Source: Ructibacterium sp.
Lineage (GTDB): Bacteria; Bacillota; Clostridia; Monoglobales; Monoglobaceae
Assembly: GCA_045544295.1 (NCBI GenBank)
Contig: JAZPYU010000165.1
Coordinates: forward strand, 1 to 33,276
Direction: 5' to 3'
DNA: 33,276 bases
The translations under genes and the position numbers were made by a program. Numbering within the stretch: the stretch's first letter is position 1; the number at the start of each line of letters is the position of its first letter. The notes under the pieces were generated by a model. That model was not told where the DNA came from, searched no databases, and saw nothing but the letters and a program-made list of their open reading frames with translations. Positions 10,046 to 19,539 of this stretch are shown here, in pieces.

Positions 10046-10744
10046 GTGCTTAATGTGGTTTTGCGGACCGCTGTTGTTTATTTTTTTGTGGTGTTGACGT
10101 TAAGGCTTATGGGAAAACGTCAAATCGGGGAGTTAGAAGCCTCGGAACTGGTAGTAACCATCATTATCTCAGAAATCGCTGCAATGCCTATCACCGATTT
10201 GGGCGTTCCTTTGGCAAGCAGTATTTTGGCAATCCTGATTTTAATGGTGTTGGAAATTTTACTTTCCTACCTTGCCTATCGGAATGTTCATATCCGGAGT
10301 TTGGTTTATGGCAAACCAAGTATTTTTTATCAAAATGGGAAAATGGACCAAAAAGAAATGAAACGACAACGGTTTAACGTGGCAGACCTGATGGAAGAAC
10401 TACGGAACAACGGTGCGGTAAGTTTAAAAGAAGTGGATTTTGTTTTGATGGAACCAAACGGCAAAGTCAGTGTAATCCTGAAATCCGAACATAGCCCGGT
10501 GACACCCACTGATATGCGGATACAATCCTCGCCCGTACGGATGAGTTATGTGATTGTGGATAACGGGAATTTGATTCGTGGTAATATGAAACGTTTGGGA
10601 TTGGATGACAGGTGGCTGAAAGATATCTTGGAGAAAAAGAAATTAAAAAGTGTCCGGGAAGTTTTTTATTTAAGTATGGAAGAGGAGACCGGGCAAATGG
10701 TATTACTTCCAAAAGATAAAAAGACAGGGAGGGAGAAAATGTGA
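10046..10744 (+). CDS. DUF421 (YetF-like) membrane protein
   Basis: LRLMGKRQIGEL, three TM segments, LMEELR...EPNGKVSV. Confidence 0.88.
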   Translation: MLNVVLRTAVVYFFVVLTLRLMGKRQIGELEASELVVTIIISEIAAMPITDLGVPLASSILAILILMVLEILLSYLAYRNVHIRSLVYGKPSIFYQNGKMDQKEMKRQRFNVADLMEELRNNGAVSLKEVDFVLMEPNGKVSVILKSEHSPVTPTDMRIQSSPVRMSYVIVDNGNLIRGNMKRLGLDDRWLKDILEKKKLKSVREVFYLSMEEETGQMVLLPKDKKTGREKM

Positions 10745-11121
10745 GCCGTATGTTGGTAACCGTTTGTATTTTGGTGCTCTGTTTGGGGTTTGTAGGTCTG
10801 CATACCTATAAAATCTTGGAACTGAATGACGATATGGAAGACCTTTGCGAAGACGTGGAACACGCGTTTATGATAGAAGATTGGCAAGAAATCAGAAAAG
10901 GACTTTCTAAAATTGAAAAAAGGTGGGATAAGGATCGTTTTTGGGCGTGTCTTACCATTGATACGGAGCAGATAGAAACCATTGAAATCTCCTTAAAGCA
11001 AAGCGTAGAATATGCCAAAATCCAGGCAAAGGAAGATTTTATCGGGGAGTTTGTGATGTTCCGGATGAATTTAGACCATCTGCCCCATCAGGAGGGTTTC
11101 AGTATCGAGGAACTTCTATAA
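10741..11121 (+). CDS. DUF4363-like protein
   Basis: N-terminal TM plus helical W..W pattern; overlaps the DUF421 stop, a common clostridial gene pair. Confidence 0.7.
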   Translation: MSRMLVTVCILVLCLGFVGLHTYKILELNDDMEDLCEDVEHAFMIEDWQEIRKGLSKIEKRWDKDRFWACLTIDTEQIETIEISLKQSVEYAKIQAKEDFIGEFVMFRMNLDHLPHQEGFSIEELL

Positions 11122-11140
11122 GGTTCTCTTCTCTTTAACC

Positions 11141-11169
11141 TTGACAATGGCTGCCGAATGTGCTATGGT
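11141..11169 (+). promoter_or_regulatory. Sigma-A promoter of the DUF523 gene
   Basis: TTGACA-17 bp-TATGGT with extended TG. Confidence 0.6.
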
Positions 11170-11199
11170 AACGGTAGTTTTTCGATGAGGAGAAGATAT

Positions 11200-11643
11200 A
11201 TGAAGATACTCATGAGTGCTTGTTTGCTGGGGGTTGGCTGTCGGTATGATGCGACGGAAAAACCCTTGCCCAAAGAAACCATAGAAGAATTAAAAAAGAA
11301 GTTTACCTTAATCCCGGTCTGCCCGGAACAGTTGGGCGGCCTTTCCACACCCAGAAATCCATCGGAGCGGGTAGGGGAAAAGGTCATTTCCATAACCGGC
11401 GAAGACGTTACTTTCCAATATGAAAAAGGCGGAAGGGAAGCCTTGAAAATTGCCCAAGAACTTGACTGTAACATAGCCATTTTAAAAGAAAAAAGTCCCT
11501 CTTGCGGAAGTGGGCTTATCTATGACGGAAACTTTATGAAACAACTGATTTTAGGAGACGGAGTAACCACGGAACTTTTCAAGAAAAATCAAATCAAAGT
11601 CCTTGGCGAAAGCCAAATAGAAGAATTACTTGCAGAAAAATAA
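11200..11643 (+). CDS. DUF523 / 2-thiouracil desulfurase (TudS-like) Fe-S protein
   Basis: SACLLG..CRYD, PVCPEQLGGL.TPR, LKEKSPSCG, GDGVT; ATG 11200 after GAGGAG. Confidence 0.88.
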   Translation: MKILMSACLLGVGCRYDATEKPLPKETIEELKKKFTLIPVCPEQLGGLSTPRNPSERVGEKVISITGEDVTFQYEKGGREALKIAQELDCNIAILKEKSPSCGSGLIYDGNFMKQLILGDGVTTELFKKNQIKVLGESQIEELLAEK

Positions 11644-11667
11644 CGGGGTGTGCGCAGCCCGTTTTTT
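11642..11667 (+). terminator. Terminator after the DUF523 gene
   Basis: AACGGG...CCCGTT followed by a T run. Confidence 0.6.
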
Positions 11668-11781
11668 CTATGGCAAAAAGAAGGGTGAAAAAGGGTGAAA
11701 ATTTGGCAAAAAAAGTATAGATTTTTTCGGAAACCTATGATATATTATAAATGGTAAAGTTTTGTTTCAAGGAGGGAAACT

Positions 11782-12231
11782 ATGGCAGAGCGAAAACAAG
11801 TGGAAATTTTTACCGATGGTGCTTGTAGCGGTAATCCTGGACCGGGCGGTTACGGCGTGATTTTGCGCTATGGAAAGCACGAAAAAGAAATTTCCGGCGG
11901 TGCTCCGGATACCACCAATAACCGGATGGAACTGTCTGCCGTCATTGCAGGGCTTTCTGCCCTGACGGAACCTTGTGACGTAACTCTGTATAGTGACTCT
12001 AAGTATTTCATTGATGCCATAGAGCAAGGCTGGGCAGAAAAATGGAAAGCCCAAGGGTGGATGCGGACCAAGAAAGACAAAGCATTAAACCCGGATTTAT
12101 GGGAAGAAGTGCTCTCTTTGATGAAAAAACATCAAGTAACGTTGGTTTGGGTCAAAGGCCACGCCGGACATCCGGAAAACGAGCGGTGTGACAAATTGGC
12201 AGTAGCAGAGTCCAGACGCTTTGCAGAATAA
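11782..12231 (+). CDS. rnhA: Ribonuclease HI
   Basis: [42 protein letters not shown]. Confidence 0.97.
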   Translation: MAERKQVEIFTDGACSGNPGPGGYGVILRYGKHEKEISGGAPDTTNNRMELSAVIAGLSALTEPCDVTLYSDSKYFIDAIEQGWAEKWKAQGWMRTKKDKALNPDLWEEVLSLMKKHQVTLVWVKGHAGHPENERCDKLAVAESRRFAE

Positions 12232-12296
12232 ATTTTACAAAAATTACAGATGATCTACTTTTCATAGATTCTACTGTAAAGAAAGGTAGCGATAGT

Positions 12297-13481
12297 ATGG
12301 AAAAACGTATCTACGTTGACAATGCAGCCACCACCCAGGTGGCGCCGGAAGTGTTTGCGGCAATGATTCCCCACTTCTGTGAAAATTATGGAAACCCTTC
12401 CAGTATCTACGAGGAAGGACAGACGGCAAAAGCCGCTATCGAAAAGGCAAGAGAACAGGTGGCAACTGCCATCGGTGCCGAAGCCAAGGAAATTTACTTC
12501 ACCGGTTCCGGTAGCGAGGCGGACAACTGGGCGCTCCGGTCTGTGGCAAAAAGCCTGAAAGAAAAGGGCAACCACATCATCACCACGGCGGTAGAACATC
12601 ACGCTATTTTGCACACTTGTCAGGATTTGGAAAAAGAGGGTTTTGAAGTAACCTATTTGCCGGTGGATAATATGGGCAGGGTTTCTCCTGCTGATGTGAA
12701 AGCCGCAATCAAAGATACCACCATCTTGATTACGGTGATGTATGCCAATAACGAAATCGGCACCATTATGCCGATTCGTGAAATTGGTGCCATTGCCAAA
12801 GAGGCAGGGGTCATCTTTCATACCGATGCAGTACAGGCGGTAGGTATGGTACCGATTGATGTGAAAGAGAATCATATCGATATGCTTTCCCTGACCGGTC
12901 ATAAATTCCATGGCCCCAAGGGTAGCGGTGCTCTTTATGTCCGCAAAGGCGTAAAACTTCGTTCCTTTATCACCGGCGGCGGTCAGGAACGGAACCGTCG
13001 TGCCGGCACCGAGAACGTGCCCGGTATCGTAGGATTGGGTAAGGCGATTGAACTTGCCACCCGTGATATCCCAAGAAAAGCGGCATATCTGAAAATTTTA
13101 AGAGACCGGTATATTGAAAGAGTGTTAGAATTGGTTCCTCACGCCTGGCTGAACGGTGATCCGGAAAACCGGCTTCCCGGCAATGCCAACATCTCCTTCT
13201 CTTTTATTGAGGGCGAGGGTTTGCTTTTGTTCCTGAATATGAAAGGCATCTCCGCATCCAGCGGTAGTGCTTGTACCTCCGGGTCATTAGACCCCTCCCA
13301 CGTACTTTTGGCGATTGGGTTAAAGCACGAAGAGGCACACGGCTCTTTGCGTGTAAGTTTTGATACCAGTAATACACCGGAAGAGGTAGAGTATATTGCC
13401 AAGTCTGTGGCAGAAATTGTAGACAGACTTCGGCAGATGTCCCCGCTTTATGAGGACTATCTGAAACAGCAGAACCAATAG
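12297..13481 (+). CDS. iscS: Cysteine desulfurase IscS/NifS
   Basis: [31 protein letters not shown]. Confidence 0.95.
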   Translation: MEKRIYVDNAATTQVAPEVFAAMIPHFCENYGNPSSIYEEGQTAKAAIEKAREQVATAIGAEAKEIYFTGSGSEADNWALRSVAKSLKEKGNHIITTAVEHHAILHTCQDLEKEGFEVTYLPVDNMGRVSPADVKAAIKDTTILITVMYANNEIGTIMPIREIGAIAKEAGVIFHTDAVQAVGMVPIDVKENHIDMLSLTGHKFHGPKGSGALYVRKGVKLRSFITGGGQERNRRAGTENVPGIVGLGKAIELATRDIPRKAAYLKILRDRYIERVLELVPHAWLNGDPENRLPGNANISFSFIEGEGLLLFLNMKGISASSGSACTSGSLDPSHVLLAIGLKHEEAHGSLRVSFDTSNTPEEVEYIAKSVAEIVDRLRQMSPLYEDYLKQQNQ

Positions 13482-13495
13482 AAAGGAAGACGGTT

Positions 13496-13948
13496 ATGTA
13501 TAGTGAAAAAGTAATGGACCATTTCAGCAACCCCCGTAACGTAGGGGAAATTAGCGATGCCAATGCAGTGGGCGAGGTAGGAAACCCTCAATGCGGCGAT
13601 ATTATGAAAATTTATATGAAGATTAACGAAGACACCAAGGTGATTGAAGATGTTAAATTCAAGACCTTTGGTTGCGGTGCTGCCATTGCCACCAGTTCTA
13701 TGGCAACCGAGTTGGTAAAGGGAAAGACGGTAGATGAGGCGCTTTCTATGACCAATCAGGCGGTGGTAGAGGCGTTGGACGGACTTCCTCCTGTGAAACT
13801 TCATTGCTCTGTATTGGCAGAAGAAGCGGTGCAATCCGCCATTGCCAACTACTATGAAAGAAAAGGGGAAGCGGCACCTGCCGGTATTAAATGTTCCGGC
13901 TGTTGTGAAGCGTGTCATCACCATCACGATATTGGGGACGAGGACTAA
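13496..13948 (+). CDS. iscU: Fe-S scaffold IscU/NifU-N
   Basis: DHFSNPRNVG, CGD, FGCGAAIA, PPVKLHCS. Confidence 0.94.
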   Translation: MYSEKVMDHFSNPRNVGEISDANAVGEVGNPQCGDIMKIYMKINEDTKVIEDVKFKTFGCGAAIATSSMATELVKGKTVDEALSMTNQAVVEALDGLPPVKLHCSVLAEEAVQSAIANYYERKGEAAPAGIKCSGCCEACHHHHDIGDED

Positions 13949-14991
13949 TGCGGGTCGCTATTGGAATGTCCGGCGGTGTGGATAGTAGTGTTGCGGCGGC
14001 GGTCTTACAAGAGCAAGGCTATGAAGTGATTGGCATTACCATGCGCCTTTGGGATAAAGAGGGTGACGATGGTGCCAGGGATGCTAAAATTGTGTCAGAC
14101 TTTTTAGGGATAGAACATCACGTGATTGATTTTCGTCAGGAATTTTCCGATTTGGTGGTGGACTATTTTACCAAAGAATATTTGTCCGGCAGAACCCCCA
14201 ACCCCTGCATTGCCTGTAACCGGCATTTAAAGTTTGAGGCATTGCGGAAAAAAGCGTTGGAACTGGGCGCCCAAAAGATTGCAACCGGTCACTATGCAAG
14301 GATTTTCAGGGATGAAAAAACCGGCAGATATCTTTTGCAAAAAGGTTTGGCAGATACCAAGGACCAAACCTATGTGCTATATTCCCTGTCTCAAAAGCAG
14401 TTGGGTATGACCTTAATGCCTTTGGGTGACTTTACGGACAAAAATGCAGTTCGCCAAAAGGCAGAGGAATTGGGCATTCCCATCTTCAACAAGCCGGACA
14501 GTATGGAAATCTGTTTTGTTCCGGATCAGGACTATGCAAAATTCATTAGGGAGCGGGTGGGAAGTTTGCCACCTGTGGGTGATTTTGTAGATAGAGAGGG
14601 CAACGTGTTGGGTCAGCACCGTGGCATTGTCCATTATACGGTGGGGCAACGAAAGGGTTTGGGTATCGCCTTTGGAAAGCCAATGTTTGTTCTTTCTATT
14701 GACCCTATGAAAAATCAGATTGTTTTAGGAGAAAGCGGCACGGAATTTTCCTATTCTCTCCTTGCCACAGACCCTAATTTTATTCCCTTTCCTACCTTGG
14801 AAGAACCCATCAAAGTCTGTGCCAAAGTGCGGTATAGTGCCAAACCGGCACCGGCAACGGTTTTTCCGGCGGGGGATTTGTTGCGGATAGAATTTGAAAC
14901 TCCCCAACGTGCCATTACCCCGGGACAAGCCGTGGTGTTTTATCAGCCGGATGGGGATTTGGTTTTAGGCGGTGCTACCATTTTAAAATAA
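13948..14991 (+). CDS. mnmA: tRNA 2-thiouridylase MnmA
   Basis: MSGGVDSS, TPNPCIACN, ATGHY, KDQTY, DSMEICF, YTVGQRKG, TPGQ; ATG 13948 overlaps the iscU stop. Confidence 0.96.
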   Translation: MRVAIGMSGGVDSSVAAAVLQEQGYEVIGITMRLWDKEGDDGARDAKIVSDFLGIEHHVIDFRQEFSDLVVDYFTKEYLSGRTPNPCIACNRHLKFEALRKKALELGAQKIATGHYARIFRDEKTGRYLLQKGLADTKDQTYVLYSLSQKQLGMTLMPLGDFTDKNAVRQKAEELGIPIFNKPDSMEICFVPDQDYAKFIRERVGSLPPVGDFVDREGNVLGQHRGIVHYTVGQRKGLGIAFGKPMFVLSIDPMKNQIVLGESGTEFSYSLLATDPNFIPFPTLEEPIKVCAKVRYSAKPAPATVFPAGDLLRIEFETPQRAITPGQAVVFYQPDGDLVLGGATILK

Positions 14992-15009
14992 AAGACAGGG
15001 GCGAAGAAA

Positions 15010-17349
15010 ATGACCTTTTGGGAAATACGTGAAAAAATTCTTGCCAAAGAATATCCGGGTCTTAACCCCAGACAATTAGAGGCGGTACTTCATACAGAGG
15101 GACCGCTTTTGGTATTGGCAGGGGCAGGTTCCGGCAAGACCACGGTAATTGTACATAAAATTGCACATTTGATCCGGTTTGGGAAATGCAAAGTGGAGCC
15201 CCCTGCACTCTCCAATCAGGACTTAGAAATTATGCAGTGGTATGCAGATGGGGAACTGGACGAACTGCCGGAACATCTCTCTGCCCACCTGACAGGGGAA
15301 CCGGTGGCACCCTGGCAGATTTTAGCCATTACCTTTACCAATAAGGCGGCTGGAGAACTGAAAGACCGTTTGATTGCAAGACTGGGCGAACGTGGCGGTG
15401 ATATCTTTGCCAGTACCTTTCACTCCGCTTGTGTTAAGTTCCTTCGTCGGGATGCGGAAAAGATTGGTTATGAGAAAAACTTCACCATCTATGACACCGC
15501 AGACCAACAAACTTTGATGAAAACCTGTATCAAAGACTTAGAGGTGGATGATAAAAAATATCCGCCCAAAGCGGTACTGTCCCTTATCAGTAATGCCAAA
15601 GATAAATTGATTGACCCCGTGGAATATGCTAAACTTCATGCAGGGGATTTTTATCTTTCTACCGTGGCGGAACTGTATGAAAAGTATCAGAAAAAATTAA
15701 AACTCAATAATGCCATGGACTTTGACGATTTGATTGTGAACACCGTACGGCTTTTGGAAGAATGCCCTGATGTTCTTTCCTATTACCAAAACCGGTTCCG
15801 TTATATTTTGGTGGATGAGTATCAGGATACCAACCATGCCCAGTACCGATTGGTCAGCCTTTTGGCAAAGTCCCACCAAAACCTTTGTGTGGTAGGTGAT
15901 GACGACCAAAGTATCTATAAATTCCGTGGTGCCGATATTCAGAACATCTTAGGTTTTGAGGAAGAATTCTCTTCCTGCCGGGTGATTAAGTTAGAAGAAA
16001 ACTATCGGTCTACCCAAAATATCTTAGATGCGGCAAACAGCGTCATTGACCATAACAGCGGCAGAAAAGGGAAAAATCTCTGGACGGCTTCCGGCAGGGG
16101 CGAAAAGATTGAACTTTATGCTGCCCTCAACGAACACGGAGAGGCGTATCACATTGCAGACAGTATCCGGAATTTAGACAATAGTTTTAACGATACGGTG
16201 ATTTTATATCGGATGAATGCTATGTCCCGTGTGGTGGAAGATGCGCTCCTTCGGTCTGCCATCCCTTATAAGGTGGTAGGGGGCCTCAGGTTCTATGACC
16301 GGAAAGAAATCAAGGATTTGACTTCTTATCTCCGGCTTATTCAAAACCATGGTGATAATGTGGCGCTCCGCAGAATTATCAACGAGCCGAAACGTGGCAT
16401 TGGTGCCACCACCGTAGATAAGGTAGAAGCACTCTCGGTGGGTGAGGGACTGACGATGTTTGAGGTCTGTCAAAAGGCAGAATTGTTTGAGGAAGTTTCC
16501 GGCAAGACCGCAGAAAAACTGATGGCATTTGCCAAGATGATTTTAGACTTGCGCAAAGAATTGGACGAGGGTATGGGTCTGGAACTCTTTACCAAACTGG
16601 TGATGGAAAAGACCGGAATGCTTACGGCGCTCAAACAGGAAAAAACGGTGGAAAACCAAACCCGCCTTGAAAACTTAGACGAATTTATCTCTATGGTACA
16701 GGAATCTGTGAAAAAAGATGCTACCCTGACCTTAGAGCAAATGTTAGAGGATATTTCTCTTATTTCCGATATTGATAACTATGATGAAGCCCAGGAAACG
16801 GTGACATTGATGACCCTTCACAGTGCCAAAGGTCTGGAATTCCCCAATGTATTTTTAATGGGAATGGAAGAAGGGGTATTTCCGGGGATGCGTTCTTTTG
16901 GGGACGAGGAAGAAATCGAGGAAGAACGTCGGCTTTGCTATGTGGGTATCACCCGTGCCAAGAAACGGTTGTTCTTAACCCGTGCGCAAAGCAGAACCTT
17001 GTTTGGTTCTACCAAGTATAATCCCCCCTCAAGATTTTTAGATGAAATCCCACCGGAACTTTTAGAGCAAAAAGAAGAAAGACTTAAAACCCCGGTGACG
17101 GTGGATTTCCAGATTACAACCCCTGCCAAGGGTTTTGGTACCAGTGCATACTTAGAACAAAAAGAAGAAAAGAAACCGGCGCCCGCCAACCTTGCCTATG
17201 CAGTCGGCGACAAAGTCAAGCACCGGAAGTTTGGCATCGGTACCGTAGTGGCAGCCCAAAGTATGGGTGCAGATGTTCTTCTTAGAATTCAGTTTGAAGA
17301 GGGGGAGAAGAAACTTCTTGCTGCCTATGCCCCCATCGAAAAGGTGTAG
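15010..17349 (+). CDS. pcrA: ATP-dependent DNA helicase PcrA/UvrD
   Basis: AGAGSGKT, TFTNKAA, DEYQD, VGDDDQSIY, NYRS, TLHSAKGLEF, EERRLCYVGITRA and a C-terminal Tudor-like VKHRKFG. Confidence 0.95.
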   Translation: MTFWEIREKILAKEYPGLNPRQLEAVLHTEGPLLVLAGAGSGKTTVIVHKIAHLIRFGKCKVEPPALSNQDLEIMQWYADGELDELPEHLSAHLTGEPVAPWQILAITFTNKAAGELKDRLIARLGERGGDIFASTFHSACVKFLRRDAEKIGYEKNFTIYDTADQQTLMKTCIKDLEVDDKKYPPKAVLSLISNAKDKLIDPVEYAKLHAGDFYLSTVAELYEKYQKKLKLNNAMDFDDLIVNTVRLLEECPDVLSYYQNRFRYILVDEYQDTNHAQYRLVSLLAKSHQNLCVVGDDDQSIYKFRGADIQNILGFEEEFSSCRVIKLEENYRSTQNILDAANSVIDHNSGRKGKNLWTASGRGEKIELYAALNEHGEAYHIADSIRNLDNSFNDTVILYRMNAMSRVVEDALLRSAIPYKVVGGLRFYDRKEIKDLTSYLRLIQNHGDNVALRRIINEPKRGIGATTVDKVEALSVGEGLTMFEVCQKAELFEEVSGKTAEKLMAFAKMILDLRKELDEGMGLELFTKLVMEKTGMLTALKQEKTVENQTRLENLDEFISMVQESVKKDATLTLEQMLEDISLISDIDNYDEAQETVTLMTLHSAKGLEFPNVFLMGMEEGVFPGMRSFGDEEEIEEERRLCYVGITRAKKRLFLTRAQSRTLFGSTKYNPPSRFLDEIPPELLEQKEERLKTPVTVDFQITTPAKGFGTSAYLEQKEEKKPAPANLAYAVGDKVKHRKFGIGTVVAAQSMGADVLLRIQFEEGEKKLLAAYAPIEKV

Positions 17350-17410
17350 GGTCGTGCTTGAAAATTGGCGAACTTTGCCCGTCACATCGCCTTCCTTGGT
17401 CGGTTACCTT

Positions 17411-17658
17411 GTAGGGTTCGGCCTCCCGGACGAACCGCGACCTCGAAGGAAATGACCATAACGGGACGTCGTTCTCGCGTTGGGCAAATATACCGGTGGC
17501 ATATTTGTAGCGGAAAATGAGATGCGACAGCATCGGCTTTTAGGAAACGGGAAGCGTTTCTACAAAAAATGTTACGCCGTCCCCTACGAATTTTTTGCGC
17601 ACTTTGTTTGATGTAAAATTGAAAATGGAAATTGTAGGGTCGATTCACGAATCGCCCG
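17411..17658. repeat. Cluster of GTAG-type REP-like palindromes
   Basis: GTAGGGTTCG..CGAACCG (17411-17437); a split minus-strand copy (17462-17471 and 17574-17587); GTAGGGTCGATTCACGAATCGCCCG (17634-17658). Confidence 0.75.
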
Positions 17659-17677
17659 TGAATAAGGAGGTGCCAAT

Positions 17678-18421
17678 ATGTATCATATCCTTGCTAAAAC
17701 CTATGACCAAATGCAGGAGATAGACTATCCCCAATTTGTAGATTACTATCAGGAACTTTTCAAGAAATTTAACTGTAATCCGGAACTGGTTTTAGATTTG
17801 GGTTGCGGCACCGGGAACATTACCTTAGAAATGGCAAATCGAGGCTATGATATGATAGGCCTTGATGCTTCTATGGAAATGTTGGAAGTCGCTCAGGAAA
17901 AAGCAAGAGAGCAGGGCAAAGACATCCTTTTTCTTAATCAGGATATGTCTGCCTTTGAACTTTATGGCACGGTGGGTGCCATGGTTTGTGCCTTGGACGG
18001 AGTAAATTACCTGACCGAAGACGGGCAACTCAAAGAGATGTTAAGTCTTCTTCATTGCTACTTAGACCCGGGCGGACTTTTCATTTTTGATTTAAATACC
18101 GAGTATAAGTTTAGGCATATCTTAGACGGCAAAACCTTTGTCTATGATACCGAGGAAGCCTATTGTGCATGGAGCAATGAATATGACGAGGAAGAAAAAA
18201 TCTGTTATTTTGATTTGAACTTTTTCTTCCAGAATCAGGACGGCACTTATCAAAGGCAGGATGAATACCAGGAAGAACGTGCCTATGGCGTTGAAGAAAT
18301 CAAAAAAACCATAGCGGAATGTAACCTGACCTGCCTTGGCATCTTTGATAATCTGAGTTTGGAACCGGCAAAAGAGAATTCCGAACGGATTTTTGTGGTA
18401 GTCAAAAGAGAAAAACAGTAG
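17678..18421 (+). CDS. Class I SAM-dependent methyltransferase
   Basis: VLDLGCGTG, GLDAS.EML, QDM, LDPGGLFIFD. Confidence 0.92.
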   Translation: MYHILAKTYDQMQEIDYPQFVDYYQELFKKFNCNPELVLDLGCGTGNITLEMANRGYDMIGLDASMEMLEVAQEKAREQGKDILFLNQDMSAFELYGTVGAMVCALDGVNYLTEDGQLKEMLSLLHCYLDPGGLFIFDLNTEYKFRHILDGKTFVYDTEEAYCAWSNEYDEEEKICYFDLNFFFQNQDGTYQRQDEYQEERAYGVEEIKKTIAECNLTCLGIFDNLSLEPAKENSERIFVVVKREKQ

Positions 18422-18457
18422 TAAATAACAATTTTATGAAAGAGAGGAGGAAAAGAA

Positions 18458-18895
18458 ATGAAGAAATTTTTTGATGAATTTAAGGCGTTTATCTCTCGGG
18501 GCAATGTGATGGACCTGGCTGTCGGCGTTATCATCGGCGGTGCGTTCCAGAAAATCGTCACCTCTTTGGTTGGCGATATCATTACTCCCTTGCTTGGTAT
18601 CTTTGGCAGCAGAGACTTTTCGGATATGGTTTGGGTTATCCGGGAAGCGGTAGACGAAGACCCCGGTCTTGCTGTGAAGTATGGTGCTTTTATTACCGCC
18701 GTGATTGATTTTGTGATTATGGCATTTATCATCTTCCTGCTGATTAAAGGCATTAACCGTCTGACCAGCCTTGCCAAGAAACCAGAACCGGAAGTCGAAG
18801 AGGCACCTACCACCAAACAATGCCCCTATTGTTGCAGCGAAGTTGCCATCGAGGCAACCCGTTGCCCCCATTGTACCTCTGAACTGGGTGCATAA
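18458..18895 (+). CDS. mscL: Large-conductance mechanosensitive channel with C-terminal Cys cluster
   Basis: EFKAFISRGNVMDLAVGVIIGGAF..IV.SLV.DII.P and YGAFITAVIDF. Confidence 0.95.
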   Translation: MKKFFDEFKAFISRGNVMDLAVGVIIGGAFQKIVTSLVGDIITPLLGIFGSRDFSDMVWVIREAVDEDPGLAVKYGAFITAVIDFVIMAFIIFLLIKGINRLTSLAKKPEPEVEEAPTTKQCPYCCSEVAIEATRCPHCTSELGA

Positions 18896-18915
18896 TTTTT
18901 GAAGGAGGTTTTTCT

Positions 18916-19368
18916 ATGAACCAAATAGCAATGAATGACGCGATGTCGATAGGAATTATTGGCGCTGGTGCGGCGATATACACAATCTTCCTTGTTGCCA
19001 TTGCAGTTATGGTAGTTGTAGCGCTTTGGAAAATCTTTGAAAAATCCGGTGAACAAGGATGGAAATCCTTAATTCCTGTCTATTCCAGTTATCTGATTTA
19101 TAAGATTGCCTGGGATAGAAGAGCCTTCTGGATTACTATGCTGTTAGGATTGCTTTCCAGCGTTCTTATGGGGATTCCTATGATTGGACCGGCGTTAGGT
19201 GTTATCGGTGCACTTTTAGCGGGATTGCTGGAAGTTGTCTGCACGGTGAAACTCGCTAAGGCATTTGAACACGGTGGTTGGTTCGCGTTAGGTTTGATTT
19301 TGTTAAGTCCTATCTTCATTTTGATTTTGGCCTTTGATAAGTCTGAATATATAGGACCGCAACAATAA
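18916..19368 (+). CDS. DUF5684-like membrane protein
   Basis: WKIFEKSGEQGWKSLIPVY...LAKAF..GGWFALGLILL.PIF..ILAF. Confidence 0.75.
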   Translation: MNQIAMNDAMSIGIIGAGAAIYTIFLVAIAVMVVVALWKIFEKSGEQGWKSLIPVYSSYLIYKIAWDRRAFWITMLLGLLSSVLMGIPMIGPALGVIGALLAGLLEVVCTVKLAKAFEHGGWFALGLILLSPIFILILAFDKSEYIGPQQ

Positions 19369-19405
19369 AAAATGACCTTTAGGCAGATGCCTAAAGGTCA
19401 TTTTT
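19368..19405 (+). terminator. Strong, possibly bidirectional terminator
   Basis: Perfect inverted repeat AAAAATGACCTTTAGGCA-ga-TGCCTAAAGGTCATTTTT. Confidence 0.88.
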
Positions 19406-19482
19406 CTATTATTTCCCGTTTTTGATGCTATATTTCCGGGATGGATAAAAAATCCCTCCGTCATTTTTTTGTTATCTTTCTA

Positions 19483-19511
19483 TTGAAAATCAAAAGATGC
19501 TGTGCTATAAT
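19483..19511 (+). promoter_or_regulatory. Sigma-A promoter
   Basis: TTGAAA(19483)-17 bp-TATAAT(19506) with extended TG. Confidence 0.75.
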
Positions 19512-19539
19512 GAATTTAATTGCAAAGCAATTAAATTCA

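Noticed and set aside
11681-11700. Tandem AAGGGTGAAA x2 upstream of rnhA
   Set aside because: Only two copies in an A-rich spacer and no regulator to assign
17267-17648. Short ORFs across the pcrA-methyltransferase spacer
   Set aside because: They overlap REP palindromes, lack good RBSs and show no protein-like motifs
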